From an uncultured Chroococcidiopsis sp. (GTDB lineage Bacteria > Cyanobacteriota > Cyanobacteriia > Cyanobacteriales > Chroococcidiopsidaceae): a stretch of DNA of 64,000 nt. The notes under the pieces are model-generated. The model searched no databases, had not been told where the DNA came from, and saw nothing but the letters and a program-made list of their open reading frames with translations. Within the stretch, counting starts at the first letter, position 1. Each line of letters starts with the position of its first letter. Location: contig CAXTYC010000024.1 of the NCBI GenBank assembly GCA_964248365.1, positions 15,932-79,931 on the forward strand, in the 5' to 3' direction. The position numbers and the translations under genes are program-made. This document shows positions 1-10,815 of the stretch, one piece after another.

Positions 1-205
1 AAGAGTAATAAGTAATTTAAAATCAGACTAAAAATTGGATTGTTTTTTAAAAAATATATTGAAAAATTTCTGGTTATTTGATAGCAGCAGTAAAAAGTAT
101 TAGTTGTAAAAAAAAGTACTTCCTTTATGCACTAACTGACTGTAAGATGCTTAGAGTTGTTAACTCACGCGAGCTTCTTTTAAAGGTTTGAGGAGTAATT
201 TTTTC

Positions 206-1084
206 ATGGCTAAAATTCTCTACAAAGTTGTGTATTACTACGTTCACGCTCTTAGTACGCGCTATATTTTGACACCGTTATTTTTAGCTTCAGTGATAAC
301 TGGGATAATGTGTGTGCGATCGCCCATTGCCAAAGCAGATCCGCCAAAAAATAGTTGCAATTGGCAGTTAACGTTCAACGATGATTTCAACACAATTGAT
401 CGAACTAAGTGGAGTACAGTATGGCCACAATACTATAACGGCAAGGTTAATCTTGATGGTCGCGTACGCCGCCAAGCGTATTATCCTGACTCAAACGTGC
501 AAACAGTCTATGACCCTGATGCTAACAGTAACGTCCAGGCAATTAGAACTGCTCGTGAAGATACAATAGTAGATTGGTTGGACAATAAGCGTTACAATTA
601 CACCAGTGGTATCCTTACTACCGAGGGTAAGTTTAGTCAGAAATACGGCTACTTTGAGGTCAGAGCAAAGCTGCCTAGTACCTTTGGTACTGCTCCTACG
701 ATTTGGCTGATGAACTTCTCAAAAACTCCCACTGAGGAGATAGATATTGTTGAAGTTTCAGGTCGTGAGAAAGGACTACAGGTAGTTCAGAACGTCCACT
801 GGGGAGATCAGGAGAATTACAACTACCACACGCTAAGCGATGGTGACTCAGGCTCGAAGTACCGTAATTATGGAGTATTGTGGGAACCGAATCAGATAGT
901 TTGGTATATCGATGGACAAGAAGTGTTTCGCTCCCCTAAAGGCTCGCCATCAGATAGTTTGTCCCTGGTACTTAGTAATGAAGTAGATGGTGGTTCTGGT
1001 AACACGTTCTATGAAGATCCAGCAAAAGGTAAACTACCACTCTTAAGCTCGTATGACTCTGTGAAAGTTTGGTCATGCAAATAA
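206..1084 (+). CDS. Glycoside hydrolase family 16 (beta-glucanase-like), probably exported
   Basis: GH16 catalytic motif EIDIVE, FSQKYGYFEVRAKLP, YGVLWEPNQIVWYIDG; hydrophobic N-terminal segment; ATG at 206 after AGGAG RBS at 191-195. Confidence 0.85.
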   Translation: MAKILYKVVYYYVHALSTRYILTPLFLASVITGIMCVRSPIAKADPPKNSCNWQLTFNDDFNTIDRTKWSTVWPQYYNGKVNLDGRVRRQAYYPDSNVQTVYDPDANSNVQAIRTAREDTIVDWLDNKRYNYTSGILTTEGKFSQKYGYFEVRAKLPSTFGTAPTIWLMNFSKTPTEEIDIVEVSGREKGLQVVQNVHWGDQENYNYHTLSDGDSGSKYRNYGVLWEPNQIVWYIDGQEVFRSPKGSPSDSLSLVLSNEVDGGSGNTFYEDPAKGKLPLLSSYDSVKVWSCK

Positions 1085-1260
1085 AGAGCTTGGTAAATAG
1101 GAGTATTGTATCCGGCGCTTCAAAAAGGTAAAGCTGTTAGCAGGCGTGCTAATCCACAGTTTCTAACTTTTTGGTATTTTTAATCCGAGAGCGTGTCAAT
1201 TGTATTACTACTAGCGCTCTCGCGCTCAAGCTAAAAGTAGGGTTATGACGAAGCCATACC

Positions 1261-2106
1261 TTACTCACACAAAGCAGCGGCATGATGGCGGATGTGATCT
1301 GCAATGAACGAGGCGATGAAATAATAACTGTGGTCGTAACCCTCATGGAAGCGTAAAGTCAAAGGTTGATTCGCTTTACCACACGCTTGCTCAAACACTT
1401 GGGGAAGTAATTGATCTAAATATTGATCGGCACTACCCTGATCAATTAAAATCGGACGGTTATAGTTAGCCTCTAGGACTAATTCACTTGCATCGTAGGT
1501 TCGCCAGCTGTCTCTATCTAATCCAAGGTATTTGGTAAATGCTTTATCAACCCACGAAGAACGCAGGGGGGCAACAATGGGTGCAAAGGCTGAAACAGAT
1601 TTATAAGAATTTGGGTTGCGTAGCGCACACACAAGCGCCCCATGACCACCCATAGAATGACCAAAAATGCCAGATCGTTCTGGTAGAACTGGGAAATGCT
1701 CGGCAATCACAGCGGGTAATTCGTGGACAATGTAGCTGTACATTTGGTAGTGCGATCGCCAAGGTTCCTCTGTCGCATCTACATAAAAACTAGCACCACT
1801 ACCATAGTTCGATTCTTTGTCTTCATCTTCAATCCCAGTGTTACGGGGGCTAGTATCTGGGGCTATTATTATTATACCATACTCAGCCGCATATCGTTGC
1901 GCCCCAGCTTTAATTATAAAGTTCTCTTCCGTACAAGTTAAACCAGAGAGGAAATAGAGAACAGGAACTTGTTTTGATCTTGCTTGTGGCGGTTGGTATA
2001 CAGCAAATCTCATCTCACCATTACAAGACTGGGACTGATGGCGATAAAAGCCGACAGTACCGCCAAAGCATTTATATTCACTGGTGACTTTAAGAGATGT
2101 AGACAT
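1261..2106 (-). CDS. fghA: S-formylglutathione hydrolase (esterase D family)
   Basis: LSGLTCTEENF, GHSMGG nucleophile elbow, GYDHSYYFI C-terminal motif. Confidence 0.95.
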   Translation of the reverse strand: MSTSLKVTSEYKCFGGTVGFYRHQSQSCNGEMRFAVYQPPQARSKQVPVLYFLSGLTCTEENFIIKAGAQRYAAEYGIIIIAPDTSPRNTGIEDEDKESNYGSGASFYVDATEEPWRSHYQMYSYIVHELPAVIAEHFPVLPERSGIFGHSMGGHGALVCALRNPNSYKSVSAFAPIVAPLRSSWVDKAFTKYLGLDRDSWRTYDASELVLEANYNRPILIDQGSADQYLDQLLPQVFEQACGKANQPLTLRFHEGYDHSYYFIASFIADHIRHHAAALCE

Positions 2107-2176
2107 GAACTTGATACAGTTAAATGTATAGTGTGTTAGCGATAGCCTAACGCAACACTACCCAATTAGTTGGTAC

Positions 2177-2560
2177 TTACTTGTCTTTTTGTCCGATTAT
2201 CTGTTCTCGTAGCCTGTTACGTAAATTACGCTTAGTTTGGGTTTCTCCCAACGTATTGCACTGCGCTAAAAATTCATAAATCATAGTTTTAGTTAATAAA
2301 GGAAAAGTAGCGCTAGTTTCAGATTCTTGATATTGATTTTGATTTAATAGATAAATAGTCAAAGTTTTACCGTTATAACGCCAAAATTATGGCACTTTCA
2401 TTTCTTGATAGAGTTGATTTTTATTAATATCTGTGTGAGTAATATCTACTTCTAAAATCAAGTCAGGTAGCGGATCAACAGCCAAATCTACCGTTTTACC
2501 GCGTACAACAGGCTCATTTTGAATGTAGTAACATTTATCTGGTTCTGCACCAATAAAGAT
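2177..2560 (-). pseudogene. Uma2 family endonuclease, 5'-truncated with internal stop
   Basis: EPDKCYYIQN..PDLILEVDIT..KVP*FWRYNG reads in one frame across the TAA at 2387-2389; N-terminal half absent. Confidence 0.8.
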
Positions 2561-2646
2561 ACTAAAAGCCAAACCCGTTTCTCTTCGTTTCTCTTAGCGA
2601 CTTTGCGGCTTTGCGTGACACTAAAAACCAAACTCTGCGCAAAGCC

Positions 2647-2686
2647 AAAAAAAAAGATTTTAGCCCCGATATCGAGGCTAAAATCT
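2647..2686 (-). terminator. Rho-independent terminator
   Basis: AGATTTTAGCC(TCGATATCGG)GGCTAAAATCT followed by a T run on the minus strand, just downstream of 2708..3232. Confidence 0.8.
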
Positions 2687-2707
2687 GTAACTGAGATGAC
2701 TTATAAT

Positions 2708-3232
2708 TTATTTGCGCTGGTTCCCTAGCCACTTAGCAGCTGCAATTCCCAAAACTGCTGCTACTAGAGGATTGCTGAGGAACTTGATCAGTGCTGGTTG
2801 CTCAGCCATCACTTCTTGGAAGATATCGGGGTGATTGTGATAGACAAAAGATGCTAATTTGGTAACATCATCAGCATTCATCCGATTAGGATTGTGGGTA
2901 GAAAGACCAAGCTGTTGTTCTAGATCGCGATCGCGTAGTCCTCTTTTGCTCAGGTGTTGGAAAAATGCACGGGCTACGTCGTCTCGCTCATTTGGTTTAA
3001 TTTGCGCGATCGCTTTTTGTAGTTCCGGCTCCATTTGAGTCGCTGGGATGCGCTCTGGATGTAAGGAGCGACCAAATAATTGACGGCGTTCTTCATGGGA
3101 TGAGCGCTGTGCAAAATCATCAAAGTTTTCGTATTGTTGCTCCAAATTCACTGGAGCATCATCAAGCTTTTCGACATTACCTTGAGCTAGATCATTCATG
3201 ATCTGGTGTCTGTACTGATCGCTACTAGACAT
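2708..3232 (-). CDS. Hypothetical protein (174 aa)
   Basis: Clean ORF, AGGAGA RBS, C-terminal hydrophobic helix, followed by terminator. Confidence 0.75.
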   Translation of the reverse strand: MSSSDQYRHQIMNDLAQGNVEKLDDAPVNLEQQYENFDDFAQRSSHEERRQLFGRSLHPERIPATQMEPELQKAIAQIKPNERDDVARAFFQHLSKRGLRDRDLEQQLGLSTHNPNRMNADDVTKLASFVYHNHPDIFQEVMAEQPALIKFLSNPLVAAVLGIAAAKWLGNQRK

Positions 3233-3321
3233 TCTTTTTATCTCCTTTTTTCAAAGCTGTTATTATTTAGCTGTTACCAGTCACCAACTACCAACTACCA
3301 ACTACCAGTTACAGCTAAAAG

Positions 3322-3762
3322 CTATTTGTATTCAATCTGATTTGATTGAACATCATACCGAGCAGTCAAAATCAATTTTTTGTCAGGAGCGTACATCAAG
3401 ATATTTAAGTCTTGATTGGGGAAATTTTTATGAAAGCCCTGAGCTAGTGACTTTGCTAGTGGCTTCACTTCATTGGGACGCACTTGAGATGTAATGACAA
3501 CACCTAACTTATTGTTGTCACGCACATATGCATCTTGAATTAAACCCTTACCAGTTTGGACAACCCAGCTACCAAAATCTTGTCCAGCGTTAGTGTTTCC
3601 CAGTGCTATTTTCCCATAATCAACACCACGGCTGATTGTTGGTACATTGGTGGTGTTGGGCTGCTTTGCTTGAACACTACTGCTACAAGCAGCAGTCGTA
3701 GTTAGGATAAATATCAACGAAAAGACAGTCAAAATTTTGCGAAAATGCCGCAGTAGACTCAC
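3322..3762 (-). CDS. Putative lipoprotein
   Basis: Signal peptide with lipobox-like TAAC; GTG start preceded by GGAGG. Confidence 0.7.
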   Translation of the reverse strand: MSLLRHFRKILTVFSLIFILTTTAACSSSVQAKQPNTTNVPTISRGVDYGKIALGNTNAGQDFGSWVVQTGKGLIQDAYVRDNNKLGVVITSQVRPNEVKPLAKSLAQGFHKNFPNQDLNILMYAPDKKLILTARYDVQSNQIEYK

Positions 3763-3891
3763 CTGAGTGCCTCCATTAACGATGTATAGGTAACAGAATT
3801 TCAAATTGATTTTTGGTCGATTTAATTGATTTTTATCTCAGGAAGGTAAGCAACCTTTCGGCTGCTTTTACCTCCTTAATTAATTATTACT

Positions 3892-4074
3892 TTAGTCAAT
3901 CGCCTTTTTAACATTGTCTTTTACATCTTCAACGCCTTGACGTACTTGTGCTTCACCTTGCTTGGCTTTACCTTCTGCTTGATCTTCAGGATCGCCAGTC
4001 ACATTTCCCAAAGCTTCTTGGGCTTTACCTTCAATATTTTTAGCAGCAGCTTTGGCTTTATCTTCTAAACTCAT
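3892..4074 (-). CDS. CsbD family general stress protein
   Basis: IEGKAQEALGNVTGD..QAEGKAKQ pattern typical of CsbD; AAGGAG RBS. Confidence 0.9.
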   Translation of the reverse strand: MSLEDKAKAAAKNIEGKAQEALGNVTGDPEDQAEGKAKQGEAQVRQGVEDVKDNVKKAID

Positions 4075-5043
4075 TTTCTTTCTCCTTACTTTTGCAAAAT
4101 TGATCTCAAAGTGTTAAACAACTTTGTAGATTATTTGTGTTTATATTTACAATTTAACCGTTACTTTAGCTCTAGCCTTCTGCCACAAGGTATATTAGTT
4201 TCCTCTACTAAAAGGCTGACAAACAAGGGGTGAGGGCTGGGTTTTTCAACAGTTGTCTATCTAAGGATAGCTATTTCTTGTAAATCTAACCTACTAAGTT
4301 TGAAGTTAGAGGTTTTAATTTAAAAACAAAAAACCTGGATTGTTAGAGAACCCAAGTTATTAAAATTCTGAATCTTTCTCCCTTAGTCGAGAAAGCCAAT
4401 TAAAGGCAGATCTGGGGGGCTGGGGAAGCAAAGCGGAGAAAAATCACCCGTTTGAAGGAGAAGAACTGCTTTTCAAAAGTACGTTAGCTTAGTATCAAAA
4501 ACTTTGACATCGCAGAACTGCAAGCGGACGTAACCCAGCTATATTAAGTGGATCAAAAACTTCCAGACGCTAGCAACAATCAGACAAATTGGGGCTTGAT
4601 TAACTGTATAAGCATTTAGTAATTCTACTTGGACAGAGACACGCTTGGTGTATCAATTTTACCACTATTAAGATGCGAGTTCTCTTACTTGAGTATCACC
4701 GTTAGGCGTTACACTTTACTTGTGATGACTTTCTCTTATCATCTTCGCGTCTTTGCGCGACATTATTATCCAGACTATTGTGGACACCAATAGCCAAGAA
4801 TTCAAGTATTGAAGTTAGGATTTTTTCTCTGTTTTGAGTTTAACTTTAAACAAGGTGTTCTAAGTATAAATATCTAATTGGCTCTGGATAGAAAAACTTC
4901 AATATGTTACAATATATAAAGTAAATTCGGCTTAGCGGTCAGCTTTTTGAAAGTCGCGTCAGATGTGTAATATAATATTATCCAGGGCTGATAGATGAAG
5001 GCTGATAGCTGATAGGTAATAGCTGATAGCTTAAGAAAACTTT

Positions 5044-7044
5044 ATGTCGCAATTTAGTCTTCAAGCTCCTTTTGCACCAACAGGCGATCAACCAAAAGCG
5101 ATCGCCTCCCTGGTTAATCATCTCAAAAGCGGTGATCGTTACCAAACTTTACTAGGAGCCACAGGTACTGGTAAAACATTCACCGTCGCCGCCACAATTG
5201 AAAAAATCGGGAAACCTACCTTAGTACTAGCTCACAACAAAACTCTCGCTGCCCAACTGTGTAATGAGTTGCGAGAATTCTTTCCTCATAACGCAGTAGA
5301 ATATTTCGTCAGCTACTACGATTACTATCAACCAGAGGCTTATATTCCAGTCACAGACACATATATAGAGAAAAGCTCATCAATCAACGATGAGATTGAT
5401 ATGCTGCGCCACTCAGCCACGCGATCGCTATTTGAACGGCGGGATGTAATCGTGGTTGCTTCGATCAGCTGCATATATGGACTTGGTATCCCATCAGAAT
5501 ATCTCAAAGCTGCTATTCCCCTACAAATGGGTATGGAAGTGAATCAACGGAAGATTCTACGGGATTTAGCCTCAGTACAGTATAGCCGCAACGATCTCGA
5601 AATAGGGCGAGGACGCTTTCGGGTGCGGGGTGACGTATTAGAAATTGGTCCCGCCTACGAAGATAGAATTATTCGAGTGGAATTTTTCGGTGATGAAATT
5701 GACGCGATTCGTTATGTCGATCCGGTAACAGGGGAAATTCTCAAGAGTGTAGAAGCGATCAATATATATCCAGCGCGTCACTTTGTCACACCGGAGGAAC
5801 AGTTAGAAAGCGCTTGTTATGCAATTGAAGACGAATTAAAGCAGCGCAAAGCCGAGTTAGAGCAAGCTGGGAAATTACTGGAAGCGCAACGGATAGATCA
5901 GCGAACTCGGTATGACTTGGAAATGTTGCGCGAGGTGGGATACTGCAACGGCGTTGAAAACTATTCTCGTCACTTAGCAGGGCGCAAAGCAGGGGAACCA
6001 CCAGAGTGTTTAATTGATTATTTTCCCAAAGATTGGCTGCTGGTGGTGGATGAATCTCACGTCAGTGTCCCCCAAATTCGCGCTATGTACAACGGCGATC
6101 GCGCTCGAAAAATGGTATTGATTGAGCATGGCTTTCGTTTACCTAGTGCAGCTGATAACCGTCCGTTGAAAGCAGACGAGTTTTGGGGAAAGGTAAATCA
6201 GTGTGTGTTTGTTTCTGCTACCCCTGGAGATTGGGAATTAGAACTTTCACAAGGGCGGGTAGTAGAACAAGTGATTCGTCCAACAGGGGTGATCGATCCA
6301 GAAATCTTTGTTCGTCCGACAGATGGACAAATTGATGATTTGCTGGGAGAAATTAAGGATCGAGTTGATCGTCGGGAACGGGTTTTAGTCACAACTTTGA
6401 CTAAGCGGATGGCGGAAGATCTGACAGAGTATTTGCAAGATCACGGCATTCGCGTCCGCTATCTGCACTCGGAGATTAATTCGATTGAAAGAATTGAGAT
6501 TTTGCAGGATTTGCGAGATGGGAAGTTTGATGTCTTGATTGGAGTGAACCTGCTGCGGGAAGGGTTGGATCTGCCAGAAGTGTCACTAGTGGCGATTTTA
6601 GATGCTGATAAAGAAGGGTTCTTGCGGGCAGAGCGATCGCTCATTCAAACGATTGGTAGGGCGGCGCGAAATGTCCGAGGACAAGCGATTTTGTATGCTG
6701 ATAATCTGACAGATAGCATGGCAAAAGCGATCGCAGAAACCGAACGTCGTAGAGCAATTCAGTTGGAATATAACGAAAAGCATGGTATAATACCTCAGCA
6801 AATCGTGAAAAAATCGAGTAACGCGATTCTGTCTTTCTTGGAAGTCTCCAGGCGGCTAAATGCCAACCAGCTAGAAACAGCTTATGAGCAAGCGGATGAG
6901 CTACCAATAGATGCAATCCCGCAGCTAATTACTCAACTCGAAGGGCAGATGAAAGAAGCAGCCAAGAGTTTAGAATTTGAGGAGGCAGCAAAATTGCGCG
7001 ATCGCATCAAGCATCTGCGAGATAAATTGCTAGGACATCACTAA
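5044..7044 (+). CDS. uvrB: Excinuclease ABC subunit B
   Basis: GATGTGKT Walker [11 protein letters not shown] beta-hairpin, VDESH, C-terminal UVR domain ([11 protein letters not shown]). Confidence 0.99.
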   Translation: MSQFSLQAPFAPTGDQPKAIASLVNHLKSGDRYQTLLGATGTGKTFTVAATIEKIGKPTLVLAHNKTLAAQLCNELREFFPHNAVEYFVSYYDYYQPEAYIPVTDTYIEKSSSINDEIDMLRHSATRSLFERRDVIVVASISCIYGLGIPSEYLKAAIPLQMGMEVNQRKILRDLASVQYSRNDLEIGRGRFRVRGDVLEIGPAYEDRIIRVEFFGDEIDAIRYVDPVTGEILKSVEAINIYPARHFVTPEEQLESACYAIEDELKQRKAELEQAGKLLEAQRIDQRTRYDLEMLREVGYCNGVENYSRHLAGRKAGEPPECLIDYFPKDWLLVVDESHVSVPQIRAMYNGDRARKMVLIEHGFRLPSAADNRPLKADEFWGKVNQCVFVSATPGDWELELSQGRVVEQVIRPTGVIDPEIFVRPTDGQIDDLLGEIKDRVDRRERVLVTTLTKRMAEDLTEYLQDHGIRVRYLHSEINSIERIEILQDLRDGKFDVLIGVNLLREGLDLPEVSLVAILDADKEGFLRAERSLIQTIGRAARNVRGQAILYADNLTDSMAKAIAETERRRAIQLEYNEKHGIIPQQIVKKSSNAILSFLEVSRRLNANQLETAYEQADELPIDAIPQLITQLEGQMKEAAKSLEFEEAAKLRDRIKHLRDKLLGHH

Positions 7045-7160
7045 GTCACCCAAGGGAGAGGGGGCGAGGGGGAGAAAACAGCCTCTGGACCTCTTGCCCT
7101 CTGGATCTCTTGCCCCTTTTCTCTTTACCTTTTCCCTTTTCCCATCTTCAAAAAAGAAGT

Positions 7161-7898
7161 CTACAGTTGTTCTGGATCGATTCCTTTTTCTTGCAGTCGC
7201 GCCAACAAATCTTGATAGCGCTGTCGTTCTTGTTCTAATTGGAGGAGGGCAGCTTCCTTTGACTGACGCTCAGCTTCGGCACGTTGACGCTCAGTTTCGG
7301 CGCGTTGACGCTCTTGTTCTCCTATCTGATCGAGTTCTACAGGTGTGAGAAACCGTATTCCATCAGGACGATAAATTTCTAGAGTGTCTGCTGTAAGTTC
7401 AAACCGCACCCCCAAGCGAGGGCTAACCCAGCCATTGATATCCTCAATCTCTTCTAGCTACTCTTGGGAACGCACCAAACCAGTGAATTCCACTGCGTCT
7501 GGATCGTAAATGTAATATTCCAACACTCCATGACGTTGATAAAAGAGTAGTTTATTTGCCATATCTTTAGTTGTGTTTTCTGGAGATAAGATTTCAAATA
7601 CTACCTGTGGAGGAATATTATTTTCTTCCCACTGCTTGTATGAACCCCTGTCTCCTTTTGGTCTACCAAAAACAACCATTACATCAGGAGCTTGGCGAAT
7701 CTTGTTATTTCCCTGGACAGGATACCAGAGGAGATCGCCTGCGACAAACACATCATCTTGTGATGCAAACAAAATCTCTAAGTTTTCTTTAATAGTTACA
7801 ATCCATCGAAATTGTTTAGTATTGTCTGACATTGGTTTCCCGTCGCTATCGGGATAGATGATGTCTGGTGCAGTGTTTGGTGTTAGTTGTTGTACCAT
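7161..7898 (-). pseudogene. Uma2 family endonuclease with coiled-coil tail, split by one in-frame TAG at 7458-7460
   Basis: IIYPDSDGKPM, APDVMVVFGRPKG, VVFEILSP; frame continues LEEIEDINGWVSPRLGVRF and ERQRAE repeats. Confidence 0.85.
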
Positions 7899-8048
7899 AC
7901 GATACGATTCCTCCCATCTTGAGGTAATTAGGCTGCTGGGGTGACTACTTGATACTCGTAGTTTAGAAGGCAGATGTTGCAGTCTCCCCCAACGCTATTT
8001 AATTATGTAGAGACGCGATATATCGCATTTTTACAGCAGCAATTAATT

Positions 8049-8525
8049 ATGACTAGCGATCGCCTATTTCCTTGGCAACAACAAGCAATTATTCATCACA
8101 GTCAACGCCTACTGCACAGTTTTGAGCATTGGACTGGGCGTTCTCTGCTTGATGAGGGTGATTCACCAATGGAAGCGGCACAGGCATTATTTGAAGCGCC
8201 TTTTGTCTTAGTCTCTCACGGCACTCAACCAGATCCGATTTTTAACTACGGTAATCGCCTAGCGCTGGAATTATGGGAGCTTGATTGGGAGGATTTTACC
8301 CGAATGCCTTCTCGTAAAACAGCCGAACAGGTGGTGCAGGAGGAACGCGCGAACCTCCTAGCACAAACTGCAACCAAAGGCTTTAGCAATTTTTCCGGCG
8401 TTCGCATTTCTAGTACTGGCAAGCGATTTAAAGTCGAAGACGGTATCATCTGGAACGTCCTAGATGAGCAAAATCAACGCTGTGGACAAGCCGCAGTTTA
8501 CTCCAAGTACATATTTATTAAGTAA
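8049..8525 (+). CDS. MEKHLA domain-containing protein
   Basis: LFEAPFVLVSHGTQPDPIFNYGN, PSRKTAE, GVRISSTGKRF motifs. Confidence 0.9.
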   Translation: MTSDRLFPWQQQAIIHHSQRLLHSFEHWTGRSLLDEGDSPMEAAQALFEAPFVLVSHGTQPDPIFNYGNRLALELWELDWEDFTRMPSRKTAEQVVQEERANLLAQTATKGFSNFSGVRISSTGKRFKVEDGIIWNVLDEQNQRCGQAAVYSKYIFIK

Positions 8526-8539
8526 TGTAGGCAATACCC

Positions 8540-9118
8540 GTGCAGTCTATGAACGCCATCACTTTGAAAATCCCTCATTTGACAGCAAAAGGCTTTGACG
8601 AACTTTGCCATGCTAACCAAGATTTGCGGCTTGAACGTGCTGCGACGGGAGAAGTCATTGTTATGCCTCCAACATACTCATGGACAGGTAAGCAAAATTC
8701 TGGACTTATAGGTCAACTTTGGGCTTGGAATGACTCGATAGGCTTGGGTATTGTCTTTGATTCCTCCACAGGCTTTACACTACCTAATAGAGCTGTGCGA
8801 TCGCCCGATGGTTCTTGGGTGAGTAATGAACGCTGGGAGGCTTTAACAGAAACTCAACAAAAGGAAGAGTTTTCCCCTATAGCGCCTGATTTTGTAGTCG
8901 AGTTACGCGAGCAAAGTGACTCGCTCAAAAACTTGCAAGAAAAAATGCAAGAATACATCGACAACGGTGTACGTTTAGGCTGGCTGATTGACTCTAAAAC
9001 CAAAACTGTGGAAATTCACCGTCTAGGGCGAGATGTAGAGGTGTTGCAGCATCCTACAACTTTATCAGGTGAGGATGTACTGCCACAATTTGAGTTGAAT
9101 TTGAATAAGGTTTGGTAA
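8540..9118 (+). CDS. Uma2 family endonuclease (intact)
   Basis: FDSSTGFTLP, RSPDGSW, APDFVVEL, GVRLGWLID, LSGEDVLP. Confidence 0.92.
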   Translation: MQSMNAITLKIPHLTAKGFDELCHANQDLRLERAATGEVIVMPPTYSWTGKQNSGLIGQLWAWNDSIGLGIVFDSSTGFTLPNRAVRSPDGSWVSNERWEALTETQQKEEFSPIAPDFVVELREQSDSLKNLQEKMQEYIDNGVRLGWLIDSKTKTVEIHRLGRDVEVLQHPTTLSGEDVLPQFELNLNKVW

Positions 9119-9123
9119 AGTCT

Positions 9124-9606
9124 TTAAGCAATATCAGGCGGTATTTGGTTGAAAGGCGAATTTTGTCTAGACGATTGTTGTAGCTGCAATTGAATTAAGT
9201 TTTGCAGATCAACACGGCGGATTTCAATTCCAGTATTTGAATCCCCAGGTGTATCAAAGAAGATGACACTATCAACGCTTTCTAAGGCAAATAGTTGAAA
9301 CAAAATGTGAGTAATAGGAATAGGTACAGCAACCACCTGTGGATCTTCAGCTTCCCTTGCGGCTGAGACATCTTTGAGAGTGGGAAAAGCGTAAATAACA
9401 CACTTGGTATTTTGGCGGTTTGCTCTTTCGCTCAACGTGGTAACAACCCAGTCTTGATCTAGGCTTTGCAGGATATAGTACTGCAAATGACGTAACTTGG
9501 CTGCCAGCAACTTGAGTGGGGGCGCGATCGCTGCTACTACTTGCGGTGTTACCTGATCTGGGGGTGCATTGTCAATTAGGACTTGAATTTGTTCGTCTAA
9601 ATCCAT
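9124..9606 (-). CDS. Conserved cyanobacterial hypothetical protein
   Basis: 160-aa ORF with ATG start and globular composition, downstream of tRNA-Leu. Confidence 0.75.
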   Translation of the reverse strand: MDLDEQIQVLIDNAPPDQVTPQVVAAIAPPLKLLAAKLRHLQYYILQSLDQDWVVTTLSERANRQNTKCVIYAFPTLKDVSAAREAEDPQVVAVPIPITHILFQLFALESVDSVIFFDTPGDSNTGIEIRRVDLQNLIQLQLQQSSRQNSPFNQIPPDIA

Positions 9607-9674
9607 ACTGACTCTTAAAAAGCTGCTTTCCTCCCCAGTCTAGCCGAATCTGAGCAAGCAATTGAAAATAAAAA

Positions 9675-9756
9675 TGCGGATGAAAGGACTTGAACCTTCA
9701 CTCCTCTCGGAACTAGAACCTAAATCTAGCGCGTCTGCCAATTCCGCCACATCCGC
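9675..9756 (-). tRNA. trnL: tRNA-Leu (anticodon UAG)
   Basis: GCGGATG/CATCCGC acceptor stem, D arm GGCGGAATTGGCAGACGC, anticodon arm CTAGA-TTTAGGT-TCTAG, long variable arm, GGTTCAAGTCC T arm; CCA not encoded. Confidence 0.97.
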
Positions 9757-9840
9757 TTGTCGGCTTTACTATGATAGCAGAGACACAAGCGAAAGAATTG
9801 CTATGTTTGGAAAAAAGTTTTTTGATTTTTAATGGAGGTT

Positions 9841-10404
9841 ATGATGTCTGTACAACTGCCCCGCCGACGATTTACGGTAAAAGACTACTACAATATGGCA
9901 AAGGCAGGTATCCTTACAGAGGATGAGCGAGCTTGTGCTGATAGATGGAGAGATCATTGAAATGTCGCCTATTGGTAGATTCCATGCAGCACAAGTAAAG
10001 CGCTTAAACAAACTATTTCTTTTGCTGCTAGGCGATCGCGTCTTGGTGGGTGTGCAACATCCTATTGAATTAAGCGCGCGTCTCACAACCCCAACCCGAC
10101 TTAACATTACTTCAAAATAGCGATGATTTCTACGCCACCAGACATCCTCAGCTAGACGATATATTGTTATTAGTAGAAGTAGCAGACACCACTGTTGAAT
10201 TTGACCGCCAGGTGAAAATTCCTCTTTGGCTAGAAGTCAACTTTCTGAAGTTTGGTTAGTAAATATTAATGAACAATCTATAGAAGTTTACCCCAACCTG
10301 CAACTAATGGTTATGGAAATGTACAGAGTTTCCAGCGTGGTCAGAGTTTCTCCTTGTCAGCTTTTCCTGATATTACTGTAACTGTCGAAATGTTGCGATT
10401 ATAG
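9841..10404 (+). pseudogene. Uma2 family endonuclease, several frameshifts
   Basis: MSVQLPRRRFTVKDYYNMAKAGILTEDER / LIDGEIIEMSPIG / DILLLVEVADTTVEFDRQVKIP / EVWLVNINEQSIEVY spread over different frames. Confidence 0.85.
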
Positions 10405-10815
10405 GTGTGCGACAGCGAGTTTATAACTTATGTACATATCTATAGAACTGCGCTTTATATAAAAATCTATCTAACATTTTTAATTTTTTAAATATAATTT
10501 TTATCATGTATTTTAGTTTAAGAATAACTGTATTTTTAATATTCCGTTTTTTACCAACAATCATAATTGAGTAGGTTTTAATTTTAAAGTATAGGTTGTA
10601 ATATTTTTTATTATTTAACCTATTATTTAAAATAAACTTAATAAAGATATTTTGAGAAGTATAATATTTAAATTACTTGTCTAGCATAAGCAGAGAGTTA
10701 AAAGCAAATGTTAAGCTAATATGCTATAATTGTATGACTTTCTGCCAATAAAATTGGTCATATAAATGATATTTAGTAGTATAATTGCATTATAAAAACG
10801 TGGCATGAGAGAATT

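Noticed and set aside
4075..5043. Hidden gene or LexA box in the long csbD-uvrB spacer
   Set aside because: Only repeat remnants seen; no convincing ORF and no RGTAC-N3-DGTWCB match found
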